This document shows, piece by piece, positions 39,839 to 51,419 of a stretch of DNA of 64,000 nt. A program made the translations under genes and the position numbers. Every line of letters starts with the position of its first letter. Within the stretch, counting starts at the first letter, position 1. Below the pieces are notes generated by a model that was not told the DNA's origin, did not search any database, and was given only the letters and a program-made list of their open reading frames with translations. The DNA is from Octopus bimaculoides (Eukaryota): positions 806,102 to 870,101 of the forward strand of contig NC_068982.1 in the NCBI RefSeq assembly GCF_001194135.2, written 5' to 3'.

Positions 39839-39934
39839 CTGATGAGACCAAGACTGCAAAACTGATGCAACACGTGTTGAACGGAGTCCCATCCATAAGG
39901 GACAGTGGCAGGATGGGTCGAAACGACCGTTGTA
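39839..39934 (+). ncRNA. Hammerhead-like motif with expanded stem II
   Basis: CUGAUGA-GACC..(66 nt)..GGUC-GAAAC-GACCGUUGUA, between TATAAA (39828) and AATAAA (39938). Stem I is weak. Confidence 0.5.
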
Positions 39935-40127
39935 CAAAATAAAGATTAATACTAAATCCATCTTCGCGTTACTTCAGAATTCCTGAAGTAGACCCAACGG
40001 AAACACACCCCGACTGCGGATGATATCAGGCAGCCCAAACTGTACCAGTGCTCTACTCAACACTTCAACACACTAATCGACATATACCCATAAATCCAAA
40101 AATATCAAATATATATATTTATATATA

Positions 40128-40590
40128 TGAGGAGGTACCCAAAAGAAACCGGAATTTTGCAATATCATTTTATTCATTTAGTTTTACATGTTTACACTTT
40201 TATCGCCTTCAAAAGATTCTTCATTTGAAGCAATGCATCGGTCCAGACGTGTTTTCCACTATTCAAAGCAGTCCTGGAACTCTTGCGAAGAAGTGACACC
40301 TTTTCAAGCCTTCATCGTTTTATTCTTCACCTCTTCCACGTCTGAAAATTCCAGAGCACCAGCTTTCGTCACCGGTGGTAATCTTTGAAAAAAGGTCCGG
40401 ATCAACCTCCAGCTCTTATTTCAATTCTCGACTCGCATTCAGTCGTGACTGCTTTTGAGCTTCCGTGAGAAAATTCTGCAGCACAAACTTTGCTGTAACT
40501 CTTTTCATTCGCAGTTCCTCACTGAAACCTCGTTGGCTCCAGGACGCACCAGTCATATCAACAAGTTTGTTAATTGTTAATTGGTCCTGT
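40128..40590 (-). mobile_element. Internally deleted mariner (irritans-like) remnant
   Basis: TA-TGAGGAGGTACCCAAAAGAAACCGGAATT end. Minus frames give KRVTAKFVLQN..EAQKQSRL..DPDLFSKITTGDESWC and FSDVEEVKNKTMK..W..RLDRCIASNEESFEGD. Confidence 0.8.
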
Positions 40591-40630
40591 AAGGAATTTT
40601 CTTGATGTTTTTATTCATTCGGGAGGTGGA

Positions 40631-40660
40631 CCCTAACCCTAACCCTAACCCTAACCCTAA
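40631..40660. repeat. (CCCTAA)5 telomere-type repeat, interstitial
   Basis: Five perfect hexamers. Confidence 0.95.
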
Positions 40661-40724
40661 ACGAGGTTGGTTTTCAAGCGACAACTGACCATTCCTAAGA
40701 GTGAAAACCACTCATAAACTTGTG

Positions 40725-40915
40725 TTTTGCTCATGGCACCGCCTGACAACCAGTGTTGGTGTGTTTATGTCAGCGTAACTTAGTGGTTCGGCAAAAGTGA
40801 GCCGATAGAATAAGTACCAGGCTTGAAAAATTAAGTACTCGAGTCGATTTATTCGACTAAAAACTCAATGCGATGCCCTAGCATGGCCGCAATCTAATGA
40901 CAAATAAGTAAAAGA
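40725..40915 (+). mobile_element. SINE family 1, 3' half
   Basis: gacaaccagtgttggtgtgttta..cttagtggttcggcaaaag..agcatggccgc. Confidence 0.8.
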
Positions 40916-42424
40916 TGGCAGCTGAGATTAGCTGTATACTATGTCCGTTACCATGTAAGCGATTTCTTAGAGACATACTGCTTTTTAGTCAAAAATTAAA
41001 TCTTATTAAATTCAAGTCAACACTATTCCAGTGACTATTCATCTATTCTGTCTCCTGAATATTTCAGACAATCTCTACCTTAGCTACTTATCTATTGAAT
41101 GTTATGAATTAAATCTCTCATTGATAAATAAACTTAATACACGAAAGATAAGTCTACGAAATCAGATATCTGCACATTCTTTGTGCCAGATGTCTTTTAT
41201 GTATTTTATTAGTAAACCGTGGAGGTACTTGATAGATGGTCCTTGTCATGTTTGTGTTGCTTAACTCATTATATTCTGAAAGTCTGAAAGATAAAGAATA
41301 TATTTCCAATAAGAAATTCCATTTGTAGTTGGTGTAACTGAAAAAGCTAGCGGCTTACTTGCAAGCCATCGAATGTTTGTTGAGAGCACAGTACAATGGA
41401 CATGGTACGGCCAAAGGTAACCAAAGAAAATCCAGGTAAATCACACTTTGTAATAAACTTCAGGATTTTGTTTTTCTAAGCATGCTAAGTATTGTCATCG
41501 ATGAGCCCACGAAAGAAGTTCTACAGTCTCGCTATAAATAGTATCCAAATCTCCCTCAAATGAACTCCTACTGATTCAGCAGAAGAAAGGAGGTATTGGA
41601 TAATGTGGTTTTACATTCCCTCAAGAGAACGGGACGATCACAGGTTAATTGGAAGTAAACAACAATGGTATTATAATCATACTCGGTAAATACGATGAAC
41701 TCTGCCATCACTGAGGATGTCTAATAGTATCGAAACATGTCCGGACTTGCCTCCCCCTCTCTCTCTTAGTTGCCGAAATGATTAAGATTTTATTAATCAC
41801 TGAACAAATATTGTAGTATTCAGACTACATTAGTAATTCTAATAAGATTCCTGATGGTCGATGTTCATTTCCTGACACCAAGGGATAACTTACAGCTACT
41901 GAAACCTATGTGAGAGTCTCTACGAGTCAAATCCGATATAATATCAAAATCTCTCTCAAACGACACACAGCCATCTAAAAATGCTGAAGTTATAGAAAAC
42001 CTTAATAAGGTGGAGTAGTGACAATTTGAATACACTGAATTTTAGGCCCGCTAACTCAAAACTGATGGCGACCAGCCGTCATTTCATCTTGTTCTCCGAT
42101 TGATAGCTCTGCACGAAACCTTTTCTTCCTCATCTCATAAAATTCATTCTACTGAATTTATTTGCGTCGCATTTTGACGAGACAGAACAGTATTAGTTTC
42201 CTTGGATTCTACGGTTTTACTATGAAACAATTGCAAGAATGTTATCTGAATCGGTGGCTGAATGCGTTTACTTGTTTTGCCGCATTTTGTAGAGGCACGT
42301 GAAATGTATCTTCTTAATGGCAATGAGATTTTCTTAGGTTCGAGCTGTGAAATAATTATGTTACATGAGTGAATTTATTGGAGGCTCAGAAAAAAATATT
42401 TCAGGGATACACATCTTTTACATG

Positions 42425-42900
42425 TTTCAGTGATTAGACTGCGGCCATGCTAGGGCACGGCCTTGAAGAGTATTCTTTTGTTGTTGTTGAATGAATCGAC
42501 CTCAATACTTATTTTTGTTAAACCTGGTACTCATTTTATCGGGTTTTTTCCGCCGAACCGTTAAGTTACTAAGGGATAGATATAACAACACCGGTTGTCA
42601 AGCGGTGATGGGGACAAACACACAGAAACACGTATACGACGGGTTTCTTTCAGTTTCCGTCTACCGAATCCACCGATAAGAGTTTGGTCGAGCGGAGGCT
42701 GTAGTTGAAGTCATTTATTTGCGTCGCATTTTGACGAGACAGAACAGTATTAGTTTCCTTGGATTCTACGGTTTTACTATGAAACAATTGCAAGAATGTT
42801 ATCTGAATCGGTGGCTGAATGCGTTTACTTGCCACACAGTAGGACAGAAACCAGAGCCATGTGTTTAGAAAGCGAGCTTCTTACCACACAGCCATGCCTG
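42425..42900 (-). mobile_element. SINE family 1, near full length, carrying a 119-bp foreign insert (42713-42831)
   Basis: Reverse complement of 44829-45238 on both sides of the insert. Confidence 0.8.
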
Positions 42901-43239
42901 TCATCATATTCAAGTATGAAGAATAGTAACGTGCTGGACTATTTCCCTACTACACACACACATACTCATATACATACACGCTGTTACGATCTGGTGGCAA
43001 TAACCCGAATTTAAACAACCAACGAGGATAGGGTGAACCCAAAACAACAACACACCATGAAGTTTTTTGTAAAATATTATTAACAATTAAGTGTCAGCAT
43101 AAAAAAAAAAAACAGCTTACATACAAAACAAATATATACAAACAAAAATAATGTTACACTAGACATGCAGTCAAAATATTTATAAAGGTAAAAAATATAT
43201 ATATGTATAGTTCAGAATTTCGGAGTCACCGAATTGATT

Positions 43240-43711
43240 TTACAAACTTGGATTCGTCACAAATTTTGGTTTCATCAAAATTGACCTCACAAATTTGGTT
43301 TTCAAAGGGTTGGAAGTTTGATCGGTAGAGGTGATCAGGTTACACATGCCATACCTTTGAAAGCACCACCCCCGTCATCTAACCCCTCTTTTGTCATGGG
43401 TTGGGAACCCTTCCAGCTAGGAAAATAGAATGCCCAAAAGGGCTCCCGATTCTCTGCGTCAGAAGCGGTTATGTTCAGATCACAACTAAGTCTTAAGTAT
43501 ATGTATAGATATAATATAAACTGTGAGAACGACCCTTAAGGAATCTAATTAATGATCTCCTAAGGTAAGTTCTTATGCTATATTGGTAACGGTTGCTACA
43601 TCCTCTGGGAAAATTATTATATATATATATAGATATATATATATATATATATATATATGGGNNNNNNNNNNNNNNNNNNNNNNNNNNNNNNNNNNNNNNN
43701 NNNNNNNNNNN

Positions 43712-43742
<31 letters not shown>

Positions 43743-44078
43743 GTACGTACACCAATTACATACATATTTTTTGTACACTTTTTTCATCGATGGAAAAAAC
43801 AGAAAAAACAAAAGTTTTAAAAACTTGCTGGTCGCTAGAAGGGGACTTAACCTCTGTTGTAAATAATGGTGGATTTCTCTGACTTGAAAATTGTTAAAAG
43901 TTTTGGTTGAAAATTTATTTTTACTGCTATTCGTTGCTGCCTCTGGGGAAAATAAGTTGACGAAAATGCAGCTAGGGTCATGACGAATGTTCCCCTAAAA
44001 TTGGAGTGTGCTAATTTGTGGACGTACATAAATTACACACACACACACACGCATCCTGCCTTTTATATATACAGAAGA
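43240..44078 (-). mobile_element. Second copy of the Helitron at 19932-21127 (5' portion, interrupted)
   Basis: 43826-44075 is the reverse complement of 19932-20184, and 43300-43410 matches 20487-20585. Confidence 0.75.
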
Positions 44079-44439
44079 TAATTTCTTAACAACGCATACA
44101 TACACGCTCATAATATACCGCCAGCAACAGAAATGTAGGCCAAGGCGATCGTCTAAAATGTGTTCTTTTTACACTGTAACTTCTAAAGAACCTTAGATTA
44201 GTAAATGGCCCCTTTTCCTTTCACAAATGTGAGAGATGCCTTTTGCTCATCAAATTGGCATCATTCATACCAAACTTTAACAATTCTTTTCAACGACGGT
44301 CATAGGGATCTGGTGGTGGTGGGGTTGGAGGAATGGTCTGCGATCATGTTTAATGGCCCATCGAAGCCGACTAGATTGAAGCTGTTAACTTCCCTTTGTT
44401 AAACAGTTGCAATAATGACACCTGTAGGAAGTAGCTGTG

Positions 44440-44690
44440 AAAGGATGAAAGCTAAAGTTGACCTTGACAGAATTTGAACTCAGCACGTCAAGACGGACGA
44501 AACGCCGTTCAGCATTTTGTCCGGCGTGCCAACGCTTCTGCCAGCTTATCGCCTGTTAATGAAATATTGGTCTTAAATTTTGGTACAAGGTCAGCTGTTT
44601 CGAGGGAGGGGATGAATCAGTTATATCCACCCCCAGTGGTGGTACTTATTTTATCGACCTTGGAAGGATGAAAGGTAAAGTTGACCTCGG
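44440..44690 (-). mobile_element. SINE family 2 fragments
   Basis: aaggatgaaagctaaagttgacc..gaatttgaactcag..gccagctt, plus a second tail at 44575-44690. Confidence 0.7.
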
Positions 44691-44699
44691 CGAAGAACT

Positions 44700-44817
44700 A
44701 CATGAAGGGTACACGTGTCTGTGGAGTGCTCAGCCACTTGCACGTTAATTTCACGAGCAGGTCGTTCCGTTGATCGGATCAACTGGAACCCTCGTCGTCG
44801 TAACCGACGGAGTGCCA
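44700..44817 (+). mobile_element. SINE family 3, 3' tail
   Basis: gggtacacgtgtctgtggagtgctcagccacttgcacg..gaccgacggagtgcc-like end, matching 29528-29650 reversed. Confidence 0.8.
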
Positions 44818-44828
44818 CGATATATATA

Positions 44829-44997
44829 GGCGATGGAGTGGCTGTGTGGTAAGTAGCTTACTTACCAACCACATGGTTCTGGGTTCAGTCCCACTGTGTG
44901 ACACATTGGACATGTGTCTTCTACTATAGCCTCAGGCCGACCAAAGCCTTGTGAATGGATTTGGTGGACGGAAACTGAAAGAAGCTCGTCGTATGTA

Positions 44998-45033
<36 letters not shown>

Positions 45034-45238
45034 TGTATGTATGTATGTATGTATGTGTCCTCCACCATCGCTTGACAACCGATGCTGGTGTGTTTACATC
45101 CCTGTAACTTAGCGGTTCGGCAAAAGAGACCGCTAGAATAAGTACTAGGCTTACAAAGAATAAGTCCTGGGGTCGATTCGTTTGACTAAAGGCGGTGCTC
45201 CAGCATGGCCACAGTTAAATGACAGAAACAAATAAAAT
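44829..45238 (+). mobile_element. SINE family 1, full length
   Basis: tRNA-like head (tggctgtgtgg A box, ggttcagtcc B box), central (TATG)n, 3' body ending gacagaaacaaataaaa. Confidence 0.92.
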
Positions 45239-46904
45239 ATGTATATATATTAAATACTTGGCTTTATAAATTGTAATGAACTGATTCAGCTAAAATTGTT
45301 CAGGGCGGTGCCCCAGCATAGCCGCAGTCTAATGAAGCATGTACTAGTTGAAAGCTTTAGGAATGACAGATGTTCATCATCATCAGCACTGCTTACATCT
45401 AATGAAGATAAAAACAGATGATTTCTGAAAGTCTTAACGAAGCAACGGAGTTCTCTTGTTGCCAGTGTCGTCTCGGTGTTACTATAATCAGGAGAAATTC
45501 AGTTGGATAAATATCAGTAAGTTTACTTTTGATAAAGCTGTTATTCACGTAATAATTGTGTTGCAGAATCCTGAGATTCGAGTCACATATTATAAATTAT
45601 TGCAAACTGTTCATTAGGAGAAGATCGTTTTATCAAAAGTCAATAATATTGTATTTTTCGTTACGAAGCAAATTTCAGTTTGCTCGAATAGCGTATCTCA
45701 TATAGTGTTTACGAATATATTGGATTGAATTTTGTTTTCTTTCAGCTTAATATTCATATGCAGCTATGATCATTTTCGTCGATTTCGAGGGAGAAAAACA
45801 GTTTTAAAATAAAGGAAACTGCATCTATTTGCGATGGATGCACAAATGAAAATTGGAAACACTGATGATTTTGCTTGGGATTGGACAAATGAACATGTTG
45901 ATTGCAGGATTTAATTCTTTTGTTTTGTTTCTTCAACTCAAAATTGTTCAGATACATCATGGCACATTTTACGCCACTCAGATCTAGACAAATACTTTAA
46001 TATTCATATATTACTATTTCGACTTAAATCTCAGTAGTACAAACCGATTAAGAGATTACTAATGACACTTTAATTATACTTTTTGTTTCATAATGGAAAC
46101 CAGAGGTGAAATTATCTTTAGCAAAGAGAAACTTGAGGTAGGTATATAAAAGCTTTTCCTATGGATTCTGCCTCTCTCATTTGTGTCAGTTGTATGAAGT
46201 TAGATATTCTCTTTGTTTGTTTGATATTTTGCCATTATGCGTAGAGGAGATTGTCAACTTTCCAAATATATATGAGAGACACTATGAAGAAAATTATTAA
46301 AATCAGGGAGATAAATGAGATAATATAAAACCACAATATTCAAAATGTTGGAAACATTCCTCGAAGTATTAAATGGAAAGAAAAAGATATATTGCTAATT
46401 ATATTTTGTTGTGTCTAGGGACGGTCATTATGCCAATATAATTAACGCACACGCACTGGTTCAGTTCCATTTCTTTATTTAATATCCAATTGTGTTGGTT
46501 TTGTTTGTCAAAGCTCTTTCGTTGCTTCCTGCAATCTTCTCAGTGATTCTGGACTTAGTCCGTTACAGAAACCATTTTTGTTTCTTTTAGATCTCGTTGC
46601 GTGCGTGTGTGAGTGTTTGCGTATGCATGCATGTATGTATTTATTCTGCATATTCATGTGTCTGTGTGTGTGCGTGCTTGTGTCTGTGTATATATTTATG
46701 TGTGTGTGTGTGTGTGTACCGCTGCTTCCTTGCGTGTGCGTGTTTGAGTGTGTTTATGAATGAGTTTCTGTGAGTATGCACGTGCGCATGTGTATGCATG
46801 GGTCTATATCCGTGTGTATGCGTGCGTGTGTGTGTGTATATATATATGGTCATGTGTTTCTGTCTCCTCGTGTGTGTGTGTGCGTGCGCTTGTCTGTCCA
46901 CCTT

Positions 46905-46985
46905 ACCTTATGTACCTACCTACCTACGTACCAATCTACCTACCTACCTACCTACCTACCTACCTACCTACCTACCTATTTACCT
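46905..46985. repeat. (TACC)n microsatellite after degenerate (GT)n
   Basis: Directly visible. Confidence 0.9.
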
Positions 46986-47703
46986 ATTTGACTGCTTACT
47001 TACGAATGTACCTGTGTATGTATATTCTGGGACTGGTATCTGCGGCATTGGGGTACCTCTACCTTCTACGTGTATTTCTGAAATACCTATAGTACAAGCA
47101 TGAAACATACTGAAATTCTATGAGATGTCCGTTGTACTTGAGCAAAAAGTACTTGATATTCTTCCAAGACAAATGTACATTCAATCGCAAGACGGAGCGT
47201 TTGAATTTTTGTAGACACCTCTCGAAAATTCTAATGTACAACCGGGCGATACCAAATGGTTAACCTATATAAGTTTTGCCAACCATTATCGGTTTTTGTT
47301 GGCTTATAATGCATTTTTTTTATTTCGTCAATCCAATTTTGTTCTACACTTTCTTACAGCACTGTATATAATATTTTATGTGTGTTTTCCCATCACCCAC
47401 CCTTATTGTTCAAGCCATTATTGTTTTATCTAAATTTTTATCTTTATAATCACCAATACATTCTATCACCAGTGTTCTCTATAGATTAGTAAGTTTTATG
47501 CAGGTATATGTATGTTAGTATGTACAGCTTTACATGTATGAATGTATGGGGATATAGACGTATGGGTACGTACGCGTGTGTGTAGGCATTTATGTCTATC
47601 TGAATATAAATATAACCACTGTATTCGAAACAGAAACAACCAACACTGTTTTGTCGTTTGCTTTGGTACCTATGTGATAAGTGGCTTCATTTATAATCTA
47701 ATT

Positions 47704-47875
47704 CAGTTCTATATTCAAGAGATGAGGAATTATGTACATTATTTACATTTGGCGGATATTTGTCCTCATCTTGTTTGTTGTTAACACAACATTTCGCCTG
47801 ATCTACCCTCCAGCCTTCGTCAGGTGTCTTGGGGAAATTTCGAACCTGGGTTCTCATTCCTAAGGTATTTTTCGA

Positions 47876-47936
<61 letters not shown>

Positions 47937-48003
47937 ATCAATGCCTGGAATCGAACTCGGAATCTTGGGATTAGTAGCCTGAGCTCTTAACCACTACGCC
48001 ATA
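47704..48003 (-). mobile_element. tRNA-headed hammerhead SINE (family 4), copy B
   Basis: A box tggcgtagtgg, B box gagttcgattcc, (AAT)n, tail with hammerhead at 47783-47828, ending agaactg. Confidence 0.85.
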
Positions 48004-48165
48004 ATACCTTAGGAACGAGGACCCAGGTTCAAAATTTCCCCAAGACACCTGATGAAGGATGGAGGGTATATCAGCCGGAACGTTGTGTTAACAACAAACA
48101 AGATGACAAATATCCGTCAAATGTAAATAATGTACATAATTTCACATCTCTTAAATATAGAACTG
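48004..48165 (+). mobile_element. Inverted duplicate of the family 4 tail (hammerhead 48044-48089, GAAA>GGAA)
   Basis: Reverse complement of 47704-47870. Confidence 0.9.
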
Positions 48166-48243
48166 TATTATCTAATCGGTACGGAGCCAACATTAGACTT
48201 CAATGGAGACATATAGAGAAACTCCATCAAACAGTAGCTGCGC

Positions 48244-48645
48244 ACGGGCATATGGCGTAGTGGTTAACAGCGCGGGCTACTAATCCCAAGATTCCGAGTT
48301 CGATTCCAGGCAGTATCGTGAATAATAATAATAATGGTAATAATAAATTTGTCAATATACTTCATTTTGGTTAATATATAAAGGATTGAGGTAAATCCTC
48401 CTGAAGATATAGAGTCAAAATTAAAAGAAGAGTGCTATTGTTATCTAGTGAACGATATTTCGACATCTTGTGTGTCTTCAACTGGTTCAAAAAATAAATT
48501 TATCAATCTACTTCATTTTGGTTAATATAGAAAGGATTGAAGACACACAAAATGAAGGCTGGAGGGTAGATCAGCCGAAACGTTGTGTTAACAACAAACA
48601 AGATGAGGACAAATATCCGTCAAATGTAAATAATGTAAATAATCT
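48244..48645 (+). mobile_element. Rearranged family 4 copy C (head 48244-48345, tail 48552-48645)
   Basis: A box 48253-48263, B box 48296-48307, (AAT)n. The tail resumes at ATGAAGGCTGG..CAGCCGAAACGTTGTGTT. Confidence 0.75.
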
Positions 48646-48659
48646 AATTATATAATAGT

Positions 48660-48760
48660 AATAAATCGTAAGTTTGCGAGTTCGACGCCCGTCGGCGCGT
48701 TGTGTTCTTGAGCAAGACACTTTATCTCACGCTGTTCCAGTCCACTCAGCTTCACTGGCG
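48660..48760 (+). mobile_element. SINE family 3 fragment
   Basis: gagttcgacgccc..gtgttcttgagcaagacactttatctcacgctgttccagtccactcagct. Confidence 0.75.
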
Positions 48761-49114
48761 GTGCTACAGCATAGCCATAGCCTTTGGCCTGAAACTCATA
48801 AAACAACACACACACACATTTCTTTCAATAGTTTTATAGATTTTTAATAGCATACGACATTTTGTTTATAATCGTTTACTGTGTCTCTGTTCAAACTGTT
48901 TTATTAGCCTCTGAAATAGTTTTGCTTAATCTCTGTCTATTTAAATCATCTCCCTTTCTCTCTCTGTTTCCTATCAACCTTCCCCTTTCCTCATCCCTTT
49001 GCACCAAGTCTTAAGTGACACATAATACTTAACGCTAACAAGTTTTATACTTCCTTCACCTCCTTCTCGCCATTTCTCTTCTAATAAATCACTTTAATAT
49101 TTCATTCCGCTTTA

Positions 49115-49300
49115 GGCGGCGAGTTGGCAGAATTCGTTAGCACACCGGCCAAAATTGCTGGGCATTTCATCCGTCTGTGTGTTCCAAGATCAAATTCTGC
49201 TGTGGTCGACTTTGCCTTTCAGAATCAGTACAAACAAATACCAGTTAAACAATGGGGTCGATGTAATCGACCAGCACCCTCACCCGTAAAAACCGGTCTT
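49115..49300 (+). mobile_element. SINE family 2
   Basis: ggcggcgagttggcagaattcgttagcacaccggcc..gtcgactttgcctttc..tggggtcgatgtaatcgac. Confidence 0.85.
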
Positions 49301-49967
49301 GCGTCAGAATTTGAAATCAATATTACATTCTCTCACGCTACGTATATTTTATGTTGGAACCTATCTGAACGTATTAAGAGTTAATATACAAATACTCGTT
49401 TCAGATTTCTCTGTATACAGCACGAATAACGATCTTTGGTTATGGGTTGGCAGATATATTAGCACCGGTCAGCAAATAATTCTTTCACTGAAAGTATAAA
49501 CAAATACAACGGTTTAATTTCGACTCAAAAGTTTGGGTGCTTCTGACTGACGAGACAACATTTCGTAACACTGAACGAGTTTGTTGAACACCACTCTGTT
49601 GCTGAAAATGAGGAAATTATTCTCCTGTGAAATACACTGCAGCAACCAGCGTGTTTTTGCATCTGCATCTGTCTGGAAGTATTTGGAATGAATATGCAAA
49701 GAATCGTTCTAGATCTCGTTGTACACAGTGTGAATAACGATTATACACACACACACATAAACACACAGTGTATATATATAGTAACAATATTCATTCATAA
49801 ACTCCACGCACAACATGGACAAAAAGATGTTTTCTTTAAAAAATACGTAATTAAAATAATTCTAATATGATTATCGAAAGCGAAACCGGTCGACAAACAT
49901 AATATAAAGTAGATTAAAATATATATTAAAACTATGTAAAGTGTGTGCATTTCCCTTCTTTAATTTC

Positions 49968-50004
<37 letters not shown>

Positions 50005-51419
50005 AACAAGTATATTTCCTGCCCTTTAATAGGTTATTATTTGGCCATTAAGTTTTCAGCTTAATATATAATTTTTGCTTTCGCATTTAAAATCGAACTC
50101 CTAGCACAACATTAAACAGATGTAATTCACGTTATCAACCTAACTTCGAGTTGCCTCTATTTTAGTGTCACTAGACATATGTCTTTTCCATATATTCTTA
50201 TCACTATCCTCTCTTAAGCTGTATTGCTCCAACCATAAGCACTTAAAAACGTTTTCACTATGGTACGCAACTACAAAATGTTGTTATTAATATATGTGCG
50301 TTAACATTAACATCTCTAAACGCCAGTTATTTTGTTAGTCTGTTATTGACGTAAATATTATACATTAGTATCCGTCTGCCACTACAATATACAAGATATT
50401 CTCACGAATATGTTTCCTATTAAGCAAATTGAATTCGTATGGTTAGAATCTACAAAGGATTTTATTGTTGTATGTGTCTGCACAGTCAGTAAACAGGCTG
50501 GCAGAGCCATTCTTTATAGTTTATATTAAGAAAGTTCGGTAAATACAACTGAGAGAAAAGCTAGGATTGCAGTGCAATTCAAAAATTATATGCAGTTACA
50601 TGGATTTTCGACTAACTGAAGATTTTGATTCCATTTAGCTTGATTACTATGTTGCTGCTGACTGTTTTCATGGTGAAAATATTTGTAAAACAGTTTTAAT
50701 TGCATCCAATGTAAGAAAGTGTGAATTCATACTAATAATTGATTTCGTCTCTGTAGCTTATTCAAACATTCAAATAATAGATGTTCATGTTATTGCAATG
50801 TCTTTTAGTTAAGACAGGTTTCAGATATAAGCAAGGTTGTATCAAATTTTGTTATTATGTCGGGTAATTTAACTAACGTTCTTTTCAGACTATTTCTTTT
50901 GTTTCCGTAAGAAAAGTCAGCACACTGATTTGATGCAACTTTAGCAGCTTCACACTGTGGTTTCTGTTGTGTCCTTTAAACTATGTTTAAATTAATTATA
51001 AGCTATGCATTAAAGCAGTTGATGTCTGAAAAAAAAATGAAAACAAAAAGAATGAGTGTTAATGGAGTTGTCTGGTTCAAAGTAACAGAGGATGTTCTAT
51101 TGGAAGGGAAAAGAGATACATCTTCTATGAATGGTTGTAAAATATCGATGACAATTTTTCAGTCACCCAACGTACCTCGTGTATTTAGCAACAACATTGC
51201 AATGGGAGATCACTAGCTATAAAGAACCGGGCAATTCTTTTTGGCTAAATAATATTATACCCGCAAGAGAAGGTGTGGTGCTTTGAATACAGTTAAAACT
51301 ATATTTTTAAATATGGCCTCCACGAAAGATCATCAGATCCTGTCGTGTTTGTTCCTAAACTATTTGCTATTGAAAACTTTAGATCATTGTTTTTGGGTTG
51401 TTAATGGGTGCATTAAAGG

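Noticed and set aside
41706-41750. CUGAGGA..GAAACAUGUC hammerhead-like string
   Set aside because: No stem I complementarity and weak stem II.
48250-48315. Possible tRNA gene
   Set aside because: No pairable acceptor stem; it continues into (AAT)n as in the SINE copies.
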